IMG/VR virus record: IMGVR_UViG_3300029226_000010
Location: 1-39,993 of that record
DNA length: 39,993 nucleotides
Reading direction: 5' to 3' (one strand)
Source: a virus
Lineage: Duplodnaviria; Caudoviricetes
The notes below the pieces were generated by a model. It ran no database searches. It saw only the letters and a program-made list of their open reading frames with translations, and was not told the DNA's origin. Shown here piece by piece: positions 19,501 through 28,030 of the stretch (position 1 is the stretch's first letter; every line of letters begins with the position of its first letter). The position numbers were made by a program, and so were the translations under genes.

Positions 19501-21488
19501 TTGGTGAGAGACTTGCTAACGCTATACCTAGTCTGCCAGGTAAGCTACTTGGTTGGGTCGCACGCTTAACTGGTGGTACATTAGGTGGTGGTGCTGGCGC
19601 TATGGTTGGTCGTGGTTTAGACCTGGCATATAACTCTGCTGTTCTTGGAGAAGAGCTAGAGGCTGAGTACTATAAAAAGATGATGATGGATGCTGGCTAC
19701 TGGGATGCTGCACTTGGTACGACACTTGGCGTAGGCTTAGCAGTTACCGGTAAGTTAATTATAGGTATGGGTAAAGCTGTTAAGATGGTTACTGATGGCA
19801 ATCGTAACGGTGCTTATAAGTTCTTAAAGGACTTTATGCACTTAGATGATGCTAAGATTGAGGAGCTAATTACAGATTGGGAAGGTATAACAGGAGCTAA
19901 AGCACCAGGGTTTACTAGAGCTACCAAGGCTATGCATGTTATACCTCAGACTCAACCTGGTGGTGAGGCTATTGTAGCTTCTTCAGCTGGACTGAATCCT
20001 AAGATGAGTGCTGACTTAGCACGATCAATTAGCGCCAGAGCTAAAGATTTAAACAAGTCTTCTGCCAATCTGACTACAGAGAATATTAGCACTATAGTTC
20101 ATGGTGATCTTGGCAAGTACGTTACAAAAGTAAAGGACTATTACACTGGTATTAAGACTTTAGGTATTGCGCCTTTTAAAGGCAGCTCTTACCGCTTTAC
20201 CTTCGATAAGCTAGGCATAGATAAAGTGCTTAAGAAAACTGATGAGTCTATTCGTAATCCAGCTGTACGTAAAAGATTTGACGCTTATGTTCAAGCTATA
20301 GATAACTTTAGTAATAACCGTACATTTGCAAACATATTGGAATTACGTAAAACGTTAAATGAGTTTAAGTATAACACTAAACTGCGCCAGCATATAGACT
20401 GGGAAATGATTAACAAGTCTATTCGCCAAGTAGATAAAGAGATCGGTAAAGCAGCACGCAAGCATATGCCTGCAGGTGATGTCTGGCTTAAAGAGTGGAA
20501 TAAAGCCAACACTGAATATTCTAAAATGATCAAGTTACGTAAGAATGTACTGTTCCGTGCCTTAACTAGGAAAGGTGTTAGCCCTAAAGCAATAGTTAAG
20601 TCTCTGTCAAACTACATCACTTCCTTAGACGGAACATTTATGGAGGTTGTCAGTAAATTACCTGGCACTACCAGAAATAAAATAGAAGGTGTTGTAATTG
20701 ATCAGTTTGTAAAGAAGCATACTATAGGTTTTGAGAGCGGTATACAAGCAACACATTTTACTAACTTGTCAGATGAACTAAAGCAAATTGCCTTCAGCTC
20801 ACCTGAGGCGCGTAAACTTAAGAGAGCTATTAATGAAATAGCAAAAGTGTTCAAGAATGACGTTAGTTTATCTCAAGGCACTGGCCAAATAGCAAGACCT
20901 AAGTTTCAAAGCTACTTAACTACAGACCCTGTAGTTAGAATAAAGTATGAAGTTGCTAGTACCGTGTTTAACTACGTAAAACGTTTGATGCCAACTACCA
21001 CTGGTGATTACATAGCCTTAGTTACCAAGGTAGCTAAGATACTAGAAAAACCAGCTGATGCTAAGACTATGCAGCAAATTATAGCTCTTATGCCTAATGA
21101 CCCAGAGATAGTTAGTGGGTTACATCAGTTAGCTTTGGTGTCAGCTAAGTTCGGCAAGAAAGAAAACTACCCTAAGGTTAAGGTGTATAAGTCAGGGCTC
21201 AAGGGTAGAGCGCATAAGACTGTAGACGGCAAGTTTGGTAGAGGCGAGTACTGGTCAACAGATAAACATGGCACTAGTGCAGCAGCACGTGAAGGTGAAC
21301 GTAAAGTATTCACAGAAGAGATATTGCCTTCACGTATAGCTACAGAAGCAGACGTTAAGCGCATACTGGCTGTAGAAGAGATAACACCTGAGATGCTTAA
21401 GAATTCTAAGAACTTGCAGCTGCGACTAAAAGAGGCTGGCTATGACGGCTTAGCTATTGACCATGACGTAGTATTATTTAGAGACTAA
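16512..21488 (+). CDS. Large multidomain internal virion / polyvalent-type protein
   Basis: 1658 aa; N-terminal SHF...SHSR...LVQEIQSDLHQ domain; central Gly-rich hydrophobic stretch; C-terminal G.GEYWS...GYDG ADP-ribosyltransferase-like segment. Confidence 0.65.
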   Translation: MPLIPSSALKKFIQELPDDWARKSPVAKNELLRKVKQEELDYSGVSERLAQHDPKTKLTKAELVEWDADRKDSFSEVNRTTKKGNVGYDGTTIRSSDSQSYFENVRQYKEGKESRQISSHFSNSVPDYLSHSRGSVEPIGAKNTRLVQEIQSDLHQGGRQHGYAGETKWSARLQDDGSVKRFNSADELESFMNTPESANYRALEQTGSVPDTPLKKNWARKEIEKEILHAVDEGQEAIAIPLDGAASELSRGVGAQKWYETQVRSTLKKIAKQIPGAEYKEVKQSGKTMSKFDDTIDEENLYFDLEVFLNGQKLDNPSRHAELESRLESLTSADGASPFDVAVASGNYVEALTLLPTDIATNILPTFAYRTIPLDVDNVVLFLESNPRLVEKLNTSVRSSVPDADEMMFSPVMHAQTLARGNFNDELSHALSNSDWSDLYEAAGIPEGITYGQIVLPKSEKVTVTRVPPVPKTYVELRRELRKGFDSDMDARDYLNELKQEIRYDGQFSPQGFDREQAIDLLVANDRNGIYTDADNIAAFDARPTDEMLEEALKEHELELGPVTIGEDDILAYAQAYWDNIKSSANLVKKEAAWPELTPEVSRVIKSWESAPENLAQLNKLQEELPEEYSINLQAAAVNEAIAAKVPNVEELRLAINTSTGIYHSAFGSGNIVATLDDLHPRDIVALPDELRSTVIELIEILNEPEVVVGFVKKYWQQITKEQSFPKIDIEVTPATHKYPEWTKKFELYGASALAIGASMAPDDAMAQQANAGEGDPVGLALDQGASPGAILEHLQVNEGLTEPESRRALAASIQSKIDAAIDKGASPESVQEHVTDLYKPTLFEEGQAFDFKSADSSTTPEEYNFPETELGNWEEPQYIEIANDQEATDKSTEGLISAKENMMTSYQFMMEELVSGFQNEETKVRFNKMRKTNDYAVANTLRSLGRNIEVGEPGEFVEIMPDGTKLPITPEWYSKALWDMAAAEKEIGFAIGGAIVGERLANAIPSLPGKLLGWVARLTGGTLGGGAGAMVGRGLDLAYNSAVLGEELEAEYYKKMMMDAGYWDAALGTTLGVGLAVTGKLIIGMGKAVKMVTDGNRNGAYKFLKDFMHLDDAKIEELITDWEGITGAKAPGFTRATKAMHVIPQTQPGGEAIVASSAGLNPKMSADLARSISARAKDLNKSSANLTTENISTIVHGDLGKYVTKVKDYYTGIKTLGIAPFKGSSYRFTFDKLGIDKVLKKTDESIRNPAVRKRFDAYVQAIDNFSNNRTFANILELRKTLNEFKYNTKLRQHIDWEMINKSIRQVDKEIGKAARKHMPAGDVWLKEWNKANTEYSKMIKLRKNVLFRALTRKGVSPKAIVKSLSNYITSLDGTFMEVVSKLPGTTRNKIEGVVIDQFVKKHTIGFESGIQATHFTNLSDELKQIAFSSPEARKLKRAINEIAKVFKNDVSLSQGTGQIARPKFQSYLTTDPVVRIKYEVASTVFNYVKRLMPTTTGDYIALVTKVAKILEKPADAKTMQQIIALMPNDPEIVSGLHQLALVSAKFGKKENYPKVKVYKSGLKGRAHKTVDGKFGRGEYWSTDKHGTSAAAREGERKVFTEEILPSRIATEADVKRILAVEEITPEMLKNSKNLQLRLKEAGYDGLAIDHDVVLFRD

Positions 21489-21489
21489 T

Positions 21490-21894
21490 ATGATTAAGAG
21501 AGGTGTAAAACTTTACGGGTTAAGGCCAGAGATGTGCTTAGCTCACACAGAGATAGCTGATGTATTTCAACGGTACGGCATCGCCTGTATTATAACTAGT
21601 GGAATACGTAAAAAATACACCCTAGGCTCTTTCCACCCTATAGGCTTTGCTTTGGATTATCGTACTAAACATATAGTTGGTGCTAGCAATAAAAAGCATA
21701 GGCTGTTAGCTAGTCTAAAACTAAGTGTACCTCAGTGCGACTTTATACTAGAGAATGAAGGAAAGTCAGAAGAGCACCTACATGCAGAATTTGACCCTAA
21801 AGATGACCTAGTATTCCAAGCTGATAAGCAACTATATAAAGCAACTAACACCTGGCCAGACAGCTGGGATAAAGAATTAACTAAAGGTAAATAA
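21490..21894 (+). CDS. Endolysin, peptidase M15 family
   Basis: IITSG...SFHPIGFALD (SxHxxGxAxD) and HLH zinc-ligand motifs. Confidence 0.75.
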   Translation: MIKRGVKLYGLRPEMCLAHTEIADVFQRYGIACIITSGIRKKYTLGSFHPIGFALDYRTKHIVGASNKKHRLLASLKLSVPQCDFILENEGKSEEHLHAEFDPKDDLVFQADKQLYKATNTWPDSWDKELTKGK

Positions 21895-21896
21895 TT

Positions 21897-22679
21897 ATGG
21901 TAACAAATGTACTAACTAAAGAATTAGCTGCTGAACAAGATATTCTGCTCGGTATTGGTCAAGTAGTGCAGGTTAGGAGTAGTCTTGATACAACTGTAGA
22001 CAGATTAACCATGATAAAACCGCTGGCTACTTTAGCTGAGCTGCAAGCTTTAGATGTGACTGATGCAGATAACTTCTACCCATACGCTACTACTGCAGGT
22101 GGTGCTGCGGCAGGTGACAACGGCGGCTACACTTGGTGGTTTGATATAGCTGAACCAATAATTAACAATAATGGAACAACTATTATTGCTGGTAATGGCG
22201 CAACTGTAGGTTGCTGGAAACAACTAGTAATTAAGACACCTATAAGAGGTATAACTGTTGGTAGAACTACTAACTATACAGCCACCTCACTTGACATTAT
22301 ACCTATGACTGGCCTAGTGGGTGGTTTTGATAGTGATGAAAGTATGTGGGCGGTAGGTAATCCAGAGCGGATTGTACAGCCCGCTAACTCAAAGCGAATT
22401 AAGCTGTATGCAACAATCTCAACAGGGGAGACTTCTGCTGAGGTTTATATACGGTTCACAAAAAATGGTTCTGCTATCGGTCTTGTAGGTAATGCTGAGG
22501 CGCAAAATACTAGTGGTGTTTCAGGGCCTAAAGTGCTATCTATTGCGTCACACCCAATAGCTTCTATACCTACAGATTATTTCGGTGTGCAGGTAGAATT
22601 TTCTGGTGGTGGTACACTAACTCTAATAGGTGGTACAGGCCACCCATTTGTTACGCTATCTATGGAAGTGCTAGAATAA
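21897..22679 (+). CDS. Second, short tail fibre/spike sharing its N-terminus with 7561-9165
   Basis: 14 of the first 27 residues identical to 7561-9165; AGDNGGYTWWFD...GCWK motif; beta-sandwich-like C-terminus. Confidence 0.65.
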   Translation: MVTNVLTKELAAEQDILLGIGQVVQVRSSLDTTVDRLTMIKPLATLAELQALDVTDADNFYPYATTAGGAAAGDNGGYTWWFDIAEPIINNNGTTIIAGNGATVGCWKQLVIKTPIRGITVGRTTNYTATSLDIIPMTGLVGGFDSDESMWAVGNPERIVQPANSKRIKLYATISTGETSAEVYIRFTKNGSAIGLVGNAEAQNTSGVSGPKVLSIASHPIASIPTDYFGVQVEFSGGGTLTLIGGTGHPFVTLSMEVLE

Positions 22680-22923
22680 CATCCTCTAGGGAGTAGGCAA
22701 GGATGCCTTTACCTCCCGCCATATCAATAGCTAGTAAGTTAGCTTTCTGTAAAGCAGAGGGTTTGTTATATCCTACCTTTACTTCTATACCATAAAAGCA
22801 TCCCTCAACGCAACACACGATGTCTGGTACTCCAGCTTTAGTTGCAGTTATTACTTTAACAGTATAACCTCCTCTTGCAATTATATATTTAATTATTTGT
22901 GATTGTAACCGTTGTTCTGTCAT
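22660..22923 (-). CDS. VRR-NUC domain nuclease
   Basis: E..LQ...GVPDI...GIEVK....PSALQ motifs. Confidence 0.85.
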   Translation of the reverse strand: MTEQRLQSQIIKYIIARGGYTVKVITATKAGVPDIVCCVEGCFYGIEVKVGYNKPSALQKANLLAIDMAGGKGILAYSLEDVILALP

Positions 22924-22931
22924 GATTATCC

Positions 22932-22944
22932 TAAGTCCTTGATT
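22932..22944 (-). promoter_or_regulatory. IHF-binding-site consensus match
   Basis: Minus strand AATCAAGGACTTA matches WATCAANNNNTTR exactly, in an AT-rich intergenic gap. Confidence 0.45.
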
Positions 22945-22990
22945 TATAAAGGATTATTTGATATTCTATATAATGAAACGTTAATATGGG

Positions 22991-23078
22991 CTCCTGTGTC
23001 GTCTTTTAAGGCCGTTTTAATATGGCCTTGATACTAGTATCAAGAACTTATTTAAATCAGGCCACGGAGATTGTGAGG
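22991..23078. repeat. Dispersed copy of the ~85-bp element also found at 39787-39957
   Basis: CCTGTGTCGTC-N20-GGCCTTGATA-N15-TATTTAAATC with the same spacing as 39871-39936; contains the perfect palindrome CTTGATACTAGTATCAAG. Confidence 0.7.
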
Positions 23079-23099
23079 GCACCTCTTTTTCAGGGCAAG

Positions 23100-24314
23100 C
23101 TATTTATCTAGTCGTATCTGGTGTAGTCGTGGAAGAAACAAGCTCCATTCACGTGTTACACTGTCTTGAATAACCGCGTTGTACAATATATCGACAGTTT
23201 CATTAAGGAAGTATATGTCATCCAGGCTGCGTTCTATGTCTGAAAGACCTGAGCCGATGTTTACTTTAATATGTTTACCTTCAACAACACCTTCACAAAC
23301 CAATGCACCTATCATACCCCTATACTTTCCTGTGCCATCTTGTATGTCTATTACTTTTATTCTAGCCTTCTTTACTTCTTTTACTTTTATCCAATCTTTA
23401 CTTCTCTTGAACGTGTACAGGTGTTCTGGGTACTTTAGTACGAGCCCCTCATAGCCCAGAGCTAAGGCGGCTTTATATAGCTCAGTGGCTCCTTCTGCTG
23501 AATATACTTCGTTAGTTATAGCTAACTCTAGTTTACTAGTTTCTGCGTGTTGTAATATCTTAGTTAGTACAGTGAATCTATCCTCGTAAGTAGCATTGCA
23601 CTTGACAGCATTAAACTCAGATAGTGGCATAGTGTCAAAACAATGTAAAACTATACTATACTCATCAATAGTGCCTCCGTGCATTGCTGAATTAACCATA
23701 CCAGATATTTTAGTCCTATCTTCTTGTTTACCAGAAGCAAGCACTAGTTCACCATCTAATATATAGTTATCAAATGGTAAGCTTTCAATGTCTTCAGCAA
23801 GTCCAGGCAGAGCTACTAGTTTACCGTTCCTAGTCTTGAATGTACAGGTGCCATTTTCTATCAAAGCTATCAGTCGCACACCGTCATACTTTAGCTGTGC
23901 TAACACCGGGTAGTCTATAGTGCTTATATCTACCTCTTTAGCTAACTGTACTTTAAATTGAGGTATTGAACCTGGGTTAACTTTATTGAATAAGGTAGCA
24001 GTTACACCGCAAGCCAAATCCTTGTTTATGATTAGTTTTATCAAGTCACCATTAGACTGTGCAAAGGACCTAACTGCGTCTCTGGCACTAGTACCTCTAA
24101 GTTCACCATCTAGTATTCTGTCTAATAGTACAAACATAGCAACTGACGGCTCGCCCAAGCTATCTTCAGCTACAGCTTTAAATTTCATGTGGTACATACT
24201 GTCTATATGGTATGCATAGTAGAATGTTTTCCATGTTGGATATTCTATCTTAGCCAATATAGCTTCTTTAGCTAAACTTGACCTGGTGGCTCTTAGTGCG
24301 TATAATACTTTCAT
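23100..24314 (-). CDS. lig: ATP-dependent DNA ligase
   Basis: KYDGVR (KxDG), LDGEL, EGLVLK, WIKVK, GSG and LFLPR motifs. Confidence 0.92.
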   Translation of the reverse strand: MKVLYALRATRSSLAKEAILAKIEYPTWKTFYYAYHIDSMYHMKFKAVAEDSLGEPSVAMFVLLDRILDGELRGTSARDAVRSFAQSNGDLIKLIINKDLACGVTATLFNKVNPGSIPQFKVQLAKEVDISTIDYPVLAQLKYDGVRLIALIENGTCTFKTRNGKLVALPGLAEDIESLPFDNYILDGELVLASGKQEDRTKISGMVNSAMHGGTIDEYSIVLHCFDTMPLSEFNAVKCNATYEDRFTVLTKILQHAETSKLELAITNEVYSAEGATELYKAALALGYEGLVLKYPEHLYTFKRSKDWIKVKEVKKARIKVIDIQDGTGKYRGMIGALVCEGVVEGKHIKVNIGSGLSDIERSLDDIYFLNETVDILYNAVIQDSVTREWSLFLPRLHQIRLDK

Positions 24315-25591
24315 ATCGTTTCTCTGTCAAATACTGAATCTACATAGTTTAGTTTATTTAGTGATACTGTCTTGTACACTTGGTGAGAGATGCCCTTCTT
24401 AGTCAGAAGGAAATTGACATCAATGTCGTGTTCCCTGTCTTTACTAGCTTGACGGGCACGCCTTTGAGTGTGTCTTGCTGTGCTAAAGTCTTGACTGTAG
24501 ATGATGAGATGTCGTACATGCGATAACTCCACGCCTTCTGCGTTACTCGTTGCTTGTAGTATTCTAGCGAGCTTAAATTCTCGCTCCAGGATGATTTTCT
24601 CACCTTTGTAATTGTACATGATTGCAACATCTTTACTATCTCCCCACTGCGCTTTAATATACTGTATCTTCTCACGGTTACCTAAGTCATAGTAACAGTG
24701 GTATAGGTATAAGCCTTCTATACTTTCTCTGCTCACAAGCAAAAGACTATCATCTTCTGCAGGCTTTGAGTTTAGTGTAAGTTTAACTGTTCCACCTTCT
24801 ACCATGTGCAAGCCTGAGCGCAGCTTCATTATAGAGTCATATAACACTGTATGGCCTGCAACCTCTAGCACGTTATCCTCAACTATTCTGTTATAGATAA
24901 CTTTTGTAAGCTTAGATAAAGGTATCCACTTTATACTGTCCACCGGCTCATGCTTAAACTTTAGTTCTTTGCGAGTTTTCACATTGAATAAGTGCTCTAC
25001 TTTAGCCAGTATACTATCATCTTTAACTTTATCATACTGTGTCACATCTCTTCCATGAGCTCTAATAGTGTAAGGACAACCAAACTCTCTGAACCATGAA
25101 TAGAATGTGCTATGTGTTCTAAATGGTGACCACTGGCTTAAGGCCAGCTGGTGGTAAAGTAACTGGTATCCTTGAGCATGCGGTGTTGCTGACATGTAAA
25201 TAATAGGTAGACCAAACACAAGCTTCTTTACTGCCTTCCAAGTCTGGGATGGCTTAGGGTAGCCAGAGATATAATTGTGTGCCTCATCAATAATAACTAT
25301 ATCTGGGTTGCCAGTATACTTTGATACCATTCCGTATGTGATTATCTCGTACACTTTCTCATGCGGATACTCCAGCATAAGTTTGTGCCAACCTATTTTA
25401 GCTTTAGCTTTAGTTATGATTAGACAGTGCTTAGCTGCAGACTTCTCTACAGCTAAAACACCAGTTAAACTCTTCCCTGTTCTCTCTTCCCAAGCTATGT
25501 AAGCTATTGCATGTACCTTTAGTGTCTTTAGTACAGCTAAGCTCTCCTGCTCTTGGTAGTCTCTAGGTACTATCACGCTTCTCCAGTGCAT
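24311..25591 (-). CDS. SF2 (SNF2-like) helicase
   Basis: PRDYQ, RTGKS, DEAH, SATP, EGVEL and QRRAR motifs. Confidence 0.8.
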   Translation of the reverse strand: MHWRSVIVPRDYQEQESLAVLKTLKVHAIAYIAWEERTGKSLTGVLAVEKSAAKHCLIITKAKAKIGWHKLMLEYPHEKVYEIITYGMVSKYTGNPDIVIIDEAHNYISGYPKPSQTWKAVKKLVFGLPIIYMSATPHAQGYQLLYHQLALSQWSPFRTHSTFYSWFREFGCPYTIRAHGRDVTQYDKVKDDSILAKVEHLFNVKTRKELKFKHEPVDSIKWIPLSKLTKVIYNRIVEDNVLEVAGHTVLYDSIMKLRSGLHMVEGGTVKLTLNSKPAEDDSLLLVSRESIEGLYLYHCYYDLGNREKIQYIKAQWGDSKDVAIMYNYKGEKIILEREFKLARILQATSNAEGVELSHVRHLIIYSQDFSTARHTQRRARQASKDREHDIDVNFLLTKKGISHQVYKTVSLNKLNYVDSVFDRETI

Positions 25592-25790
25592 CTCTAGTAG
25601 GGTTATATACGTCTGTCACCACTATGTTAAACTTGTCTTTTATGATGTCGGCTTTAGCTTGTCTCATACGACTCCCGTTTAAATAGTGAGAGATCATTAT
25701 TGGCTGTACTTTGAGTAGTTTTGCTAGTGCATATTTAGATGGTGCCTCCGCACCAGCCAATATTTTTAGCACAGCGGCTTGTGTGTTCAT
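25563..25790 (-). CDS. Cro/XRE-like helix-turn-helix protein
   Basis: SKYALAKLLKVQPIMISHYLNG; ATG at 25790 overlaps the upstream stop (ATGA). Confidence 0.65.
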   Translation of the reverse strand: MNTQAAVLKILAGAEAPSKYALAKLLKVQPIMISHYLNGSRMRQAKADIIKDKFNIVVTDVYNPTRDALEKRDST

Positions 25791-26617
25791 AGTAGTGGTT
25801 TCTCCTGTGTTGGCACATGGCGATGTGTTGCTGGGCAATCATTACCATATAAAGAGCAATACTTAGGGCTACATAAGTAGTACTTAGGGTTAGGTCTGAA
25901 CAGTACATCTAAAGGCACTACATCTTTAACTGCATATTCCAGTACATCAAGTAAACTATTAACTATAGATTTGGCTTGAGGTATATCTATTACAGCTTCT
26001 AATATCATTGCTTGAGGTACTTTAGTAAAAACTACACTCTGAATCATACTATGCGTTACTGGATGACCATTTTCTTCAGCTAAGTACTTGTACACAGACT
26101 GTTGTGTCTTATAGTTAGTAACTACAGGTTTACGTTTACCTGTCTTAACATCGTCGATACGGCCAGGAGCTAAGTAATCAACAGTGCCACTTACTTCCGC
26201 CACTAGTGGGTGGTCAACTATAGGTACTGTAAACCGCTGCTCCACAGCTGTTGGTATATCTAAGAAGGGCACAAGATTTTCAACATACGTGTCAACCCCT
26301 ATATTTATCTCTTTGTGACACGTATCAGCAGTTTCATCTGTGTTGTACGTCATGCCTTTCTTAGCTTCTTCGTTAAATGATTCAATACCGGCATTAACCA
26401 TTACGTCAGTATTAACTTCTTTAACCTGGTGTGTCATAGACTCCTGCCACATCACTTCAATAGCTTTATGGACACCTGTACCTATGGCTGCACGAGAGCT
26501 AGGTATAGTTGTTACCCCCTCAAGAAACACCTTAGCCCACTGATAAGAGCACTGGTTGAATGAGTCGAATGATGACGGTCTTAGCCGTATACTAGTATTG
26601 TTTATTTTAATTGGCAT
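25787..26617 (-). CDS. Cas4-like PD-(D/E)xK exonuclease
   Basis: RPSS...C, GTGVH, GTVD..DDVKT, Q..VY and C-terminal CSPKYC......CP (four Cys for an Fe-S cluster). Confidence 0.8.
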   Translation of the reverse strand: MPIKINNTSIRLRPSSFDSFNQCSYQWAKVFLEGVTTIPSSRAAIGTGVHKAIEVMWQESMTHQVKEVNTDVMVNAGIESFNEEAKKGMTYNTDETADTCHKEINIGVDTYVENLVPFLDIPTAVEQRFTVPIVDHPLVAEVSGTVDYLAPGRIDDVKTGKRKPVVTNYKTQQSVYKYLAEENGHPVTHSMIQSVVFTKVPQAMILEAVIDIPQAKSIVNSLLDVLEYAVKDVVPLDVLFRPNPKYYLCSPKYCSLYGNDCPATHRHVPTQEKPLL

Positions 26618-27044
26618 GCTTAGAATCCATTTTTAAGGCTATTTCATCAGGGTGCAGTTCTGGCACTTTCTTTTTCACTGGCTTTGGTTTTTCTAGAAAA
26701 GGAATACACTGCCGACAGATAGCAGTGAATATCTTATCTTTAAGCTGCAGCATAGGTTCTAACTGGTCAAATTCAATTAGGCAAGGGTGCACTTTAGTTA
26801 CATCGTCCTTAACCTTACCGAATGTCCAGTCTAAGTCAAGCTTATAGTCTACCCAGGCAGAGTGTGAGTCTTTAGCAGTGGCCTTAGGGTTGTCTATTAA
26901 GAACTGCACCCCTTGACGAGCAGAACCTTTTTGTTGCTCTGGCGATTGTTCGTACTGAGCCTGTGAGAAATCCCCTAAGGATTCACACAAAGCAGCATTT
27001 GCTTGATGGCATATTTTAGTTATCTGATCTATTGTTAATGACAT
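26607..27044 (-). CDS. Phage RyR-domain protein
   Basis: ICHQAN...SHSAW..K...WTFGKVKD...KVHPCLIEFDQL....Q.KD pattern. Confidence 0.7.
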   Translation of the reverse strand: MSLTIDQITKICHQANAALCESLGDFSQAQYEQSPEQQKGSARQGVQFLIDNPKATAKDSHSAWVDYKLDLDWTFGKVKDDVTKVHPCLIEFDQLEPMLQLKDKIFTAICRQCIPFLEKPKPVKKKVPELHPDEIALKMDSKHAN

Positions 27045-27693
27045 TAATTTTTTCCTCTAATAAAGTAAGTAGAAAACCTGCATTTGTTCTCAGGTGTTTA
27101 AGATGATGTAATTTAGTCTCTTCATCAAATAACAGAGATGTATCTTTTTTCTCCCAAGCTAATTTACAAGCTATTAGGTGTCGCTCTAATGCCGCAAAAT
27201 ATCTCCCTAGGTCATCGGCTTCCTTCCAGTTGTCAGGTTTATACTTCTTGGCACCAAAAGTTATTATTTCTGCATCGCCTATAGTCCAGCTAACAGGTAT
27301 AAGGTCGTATCGTAGTTTATCTGTGTCGAACTTCATGAACACATCTTCAACCACTATTATCTTTATTATACCTGCCTTCTCTATAGCCGCTCTGCAGTTA
27401 GGGCATGGTGCATGGGTAGTATACATTGTTAGCGGTCTTTGCCACACCAATAAACCTTTAGCTGCCAACTTGAATGCTTGTATAGCTGCTATTTCAGCAT
27501 GCACTACGTCAGACATAGTTGCACCTGCTGCGTCTTCGCATGTACCTGAAGGCGAGTAGTTACAACCTACGCCCAGTACTTTACCATTTGTATCTGCTAT
27601 TACTGCACCAACTTTACGTTTATCACACTTAGAAATGCAAGCTGTATCTAATGCTAGTTGACGTAGCTCTTTAGCTGTTAGTTCTGCCATCAA
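27016..27693 (-). CDS. dCMP/cytidine deaminase-family domain fused to a DUF5664-like (dATP/dGTP diphosphohydrolase N-terminal-like) domain
   Basis: KVGAVI, HAE and PCPNC deaminase motifs; C-terminal KFDTDKLRYDLIP..FGAKKY..NW...RH...DEET.LHHL.H. Confidence 0.75.
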   Translation of the reverse strand: MMAELTAKELRQLALDTACISKCDKRKVGAVIADTNGKVLGVGCNYSPSGTCEDAAGATMSDVVHAEIAAIQAFKLAAKGLLVWQRPLTMYTTHAPCPNCRAAIEKAGIIKIIVVEDVFMKFDTDKLRYDLIPVSWTIGDAEIITFGAKKYKPDNWKEADDLGRYFAALERHLIACKLAWEKKDTSLLFDEETKLHHLKHLRTNAGFLLTLLEEKINVINNRSDN

Positions 27694-28030
27694 GAATCTC
27701 CTGCAGTTGTGGTTCTGGAGCCGTAAAATCAGGCCCCTTGTCTATGTTAGCTTTAATGTGTGAAGCAGTTTTTATCTGCGTCTTAGAGTCATTAGCATCA
27801 CAGACTACATGTATAGCAGCACGTATTTGATCTGCATCTAAACCCATCTTCCACATACCACCTATGGCTATGTAAACAGTATCAACTAGTGCATCTAATT
27901 GATCTACCTCATCGCCATAAATAGCATCTTTGTATTCTGCTACTTCCTCAAATAACAAGTCAGCTGTTAGCTCACCGTTATTTTCTTGCTCATATCGTGC
28001 ACTGTTCCAATCACATATTCGACTAATCAT
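27671..28030 (-). CDS. MazG-like (all-alpha) NTP pyrophosphohydrolase
   Basis: EEVAE...DALVD...ANDSK...KGPDF.APE motifs. Confidence 0.7.
   Translation of the reverse strand: MISRICDWNSARYEQENNGELTADLLFEEVAEYKDAIYGDEVDQLDALVDTVYIAIGGMWKMGLDADQIRAAIHVVCDANDSKTQIKTASHIKANIDKGPDFTAPEPQLQEILDGRTNS

Noticed and set aside
7561-22679. Diversity-generating retroelement or invertible tail-fibre switch
   Set aside because: No reverse transcriptase, invertase or template/variable repeat pair seen; the fibre similarity is N-terminal and evident at protein level
22660-22679. 20-bp convergent overlap of the two arms without a terminator
   Set aside because: Real, but short tail-to-tail overlaps are common in compact phage genomes
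25787-26617. Cas4-like gene as part of a CRISPR-Cas system
   Set aside because: No other cas genes or array; stand-alone Cas4-like nucleases are common in phage replication modules
27016-28030. 2-aminoadenine (Z) genome pathway suggested by the dATP/dGTP hydrolase-like domains
   Set aside because: No PurZ (adenylosuccinate synthetase-like) or HD-domain dATPase gene is seen in the window; it cannot be excluded for the unseen part of the genome
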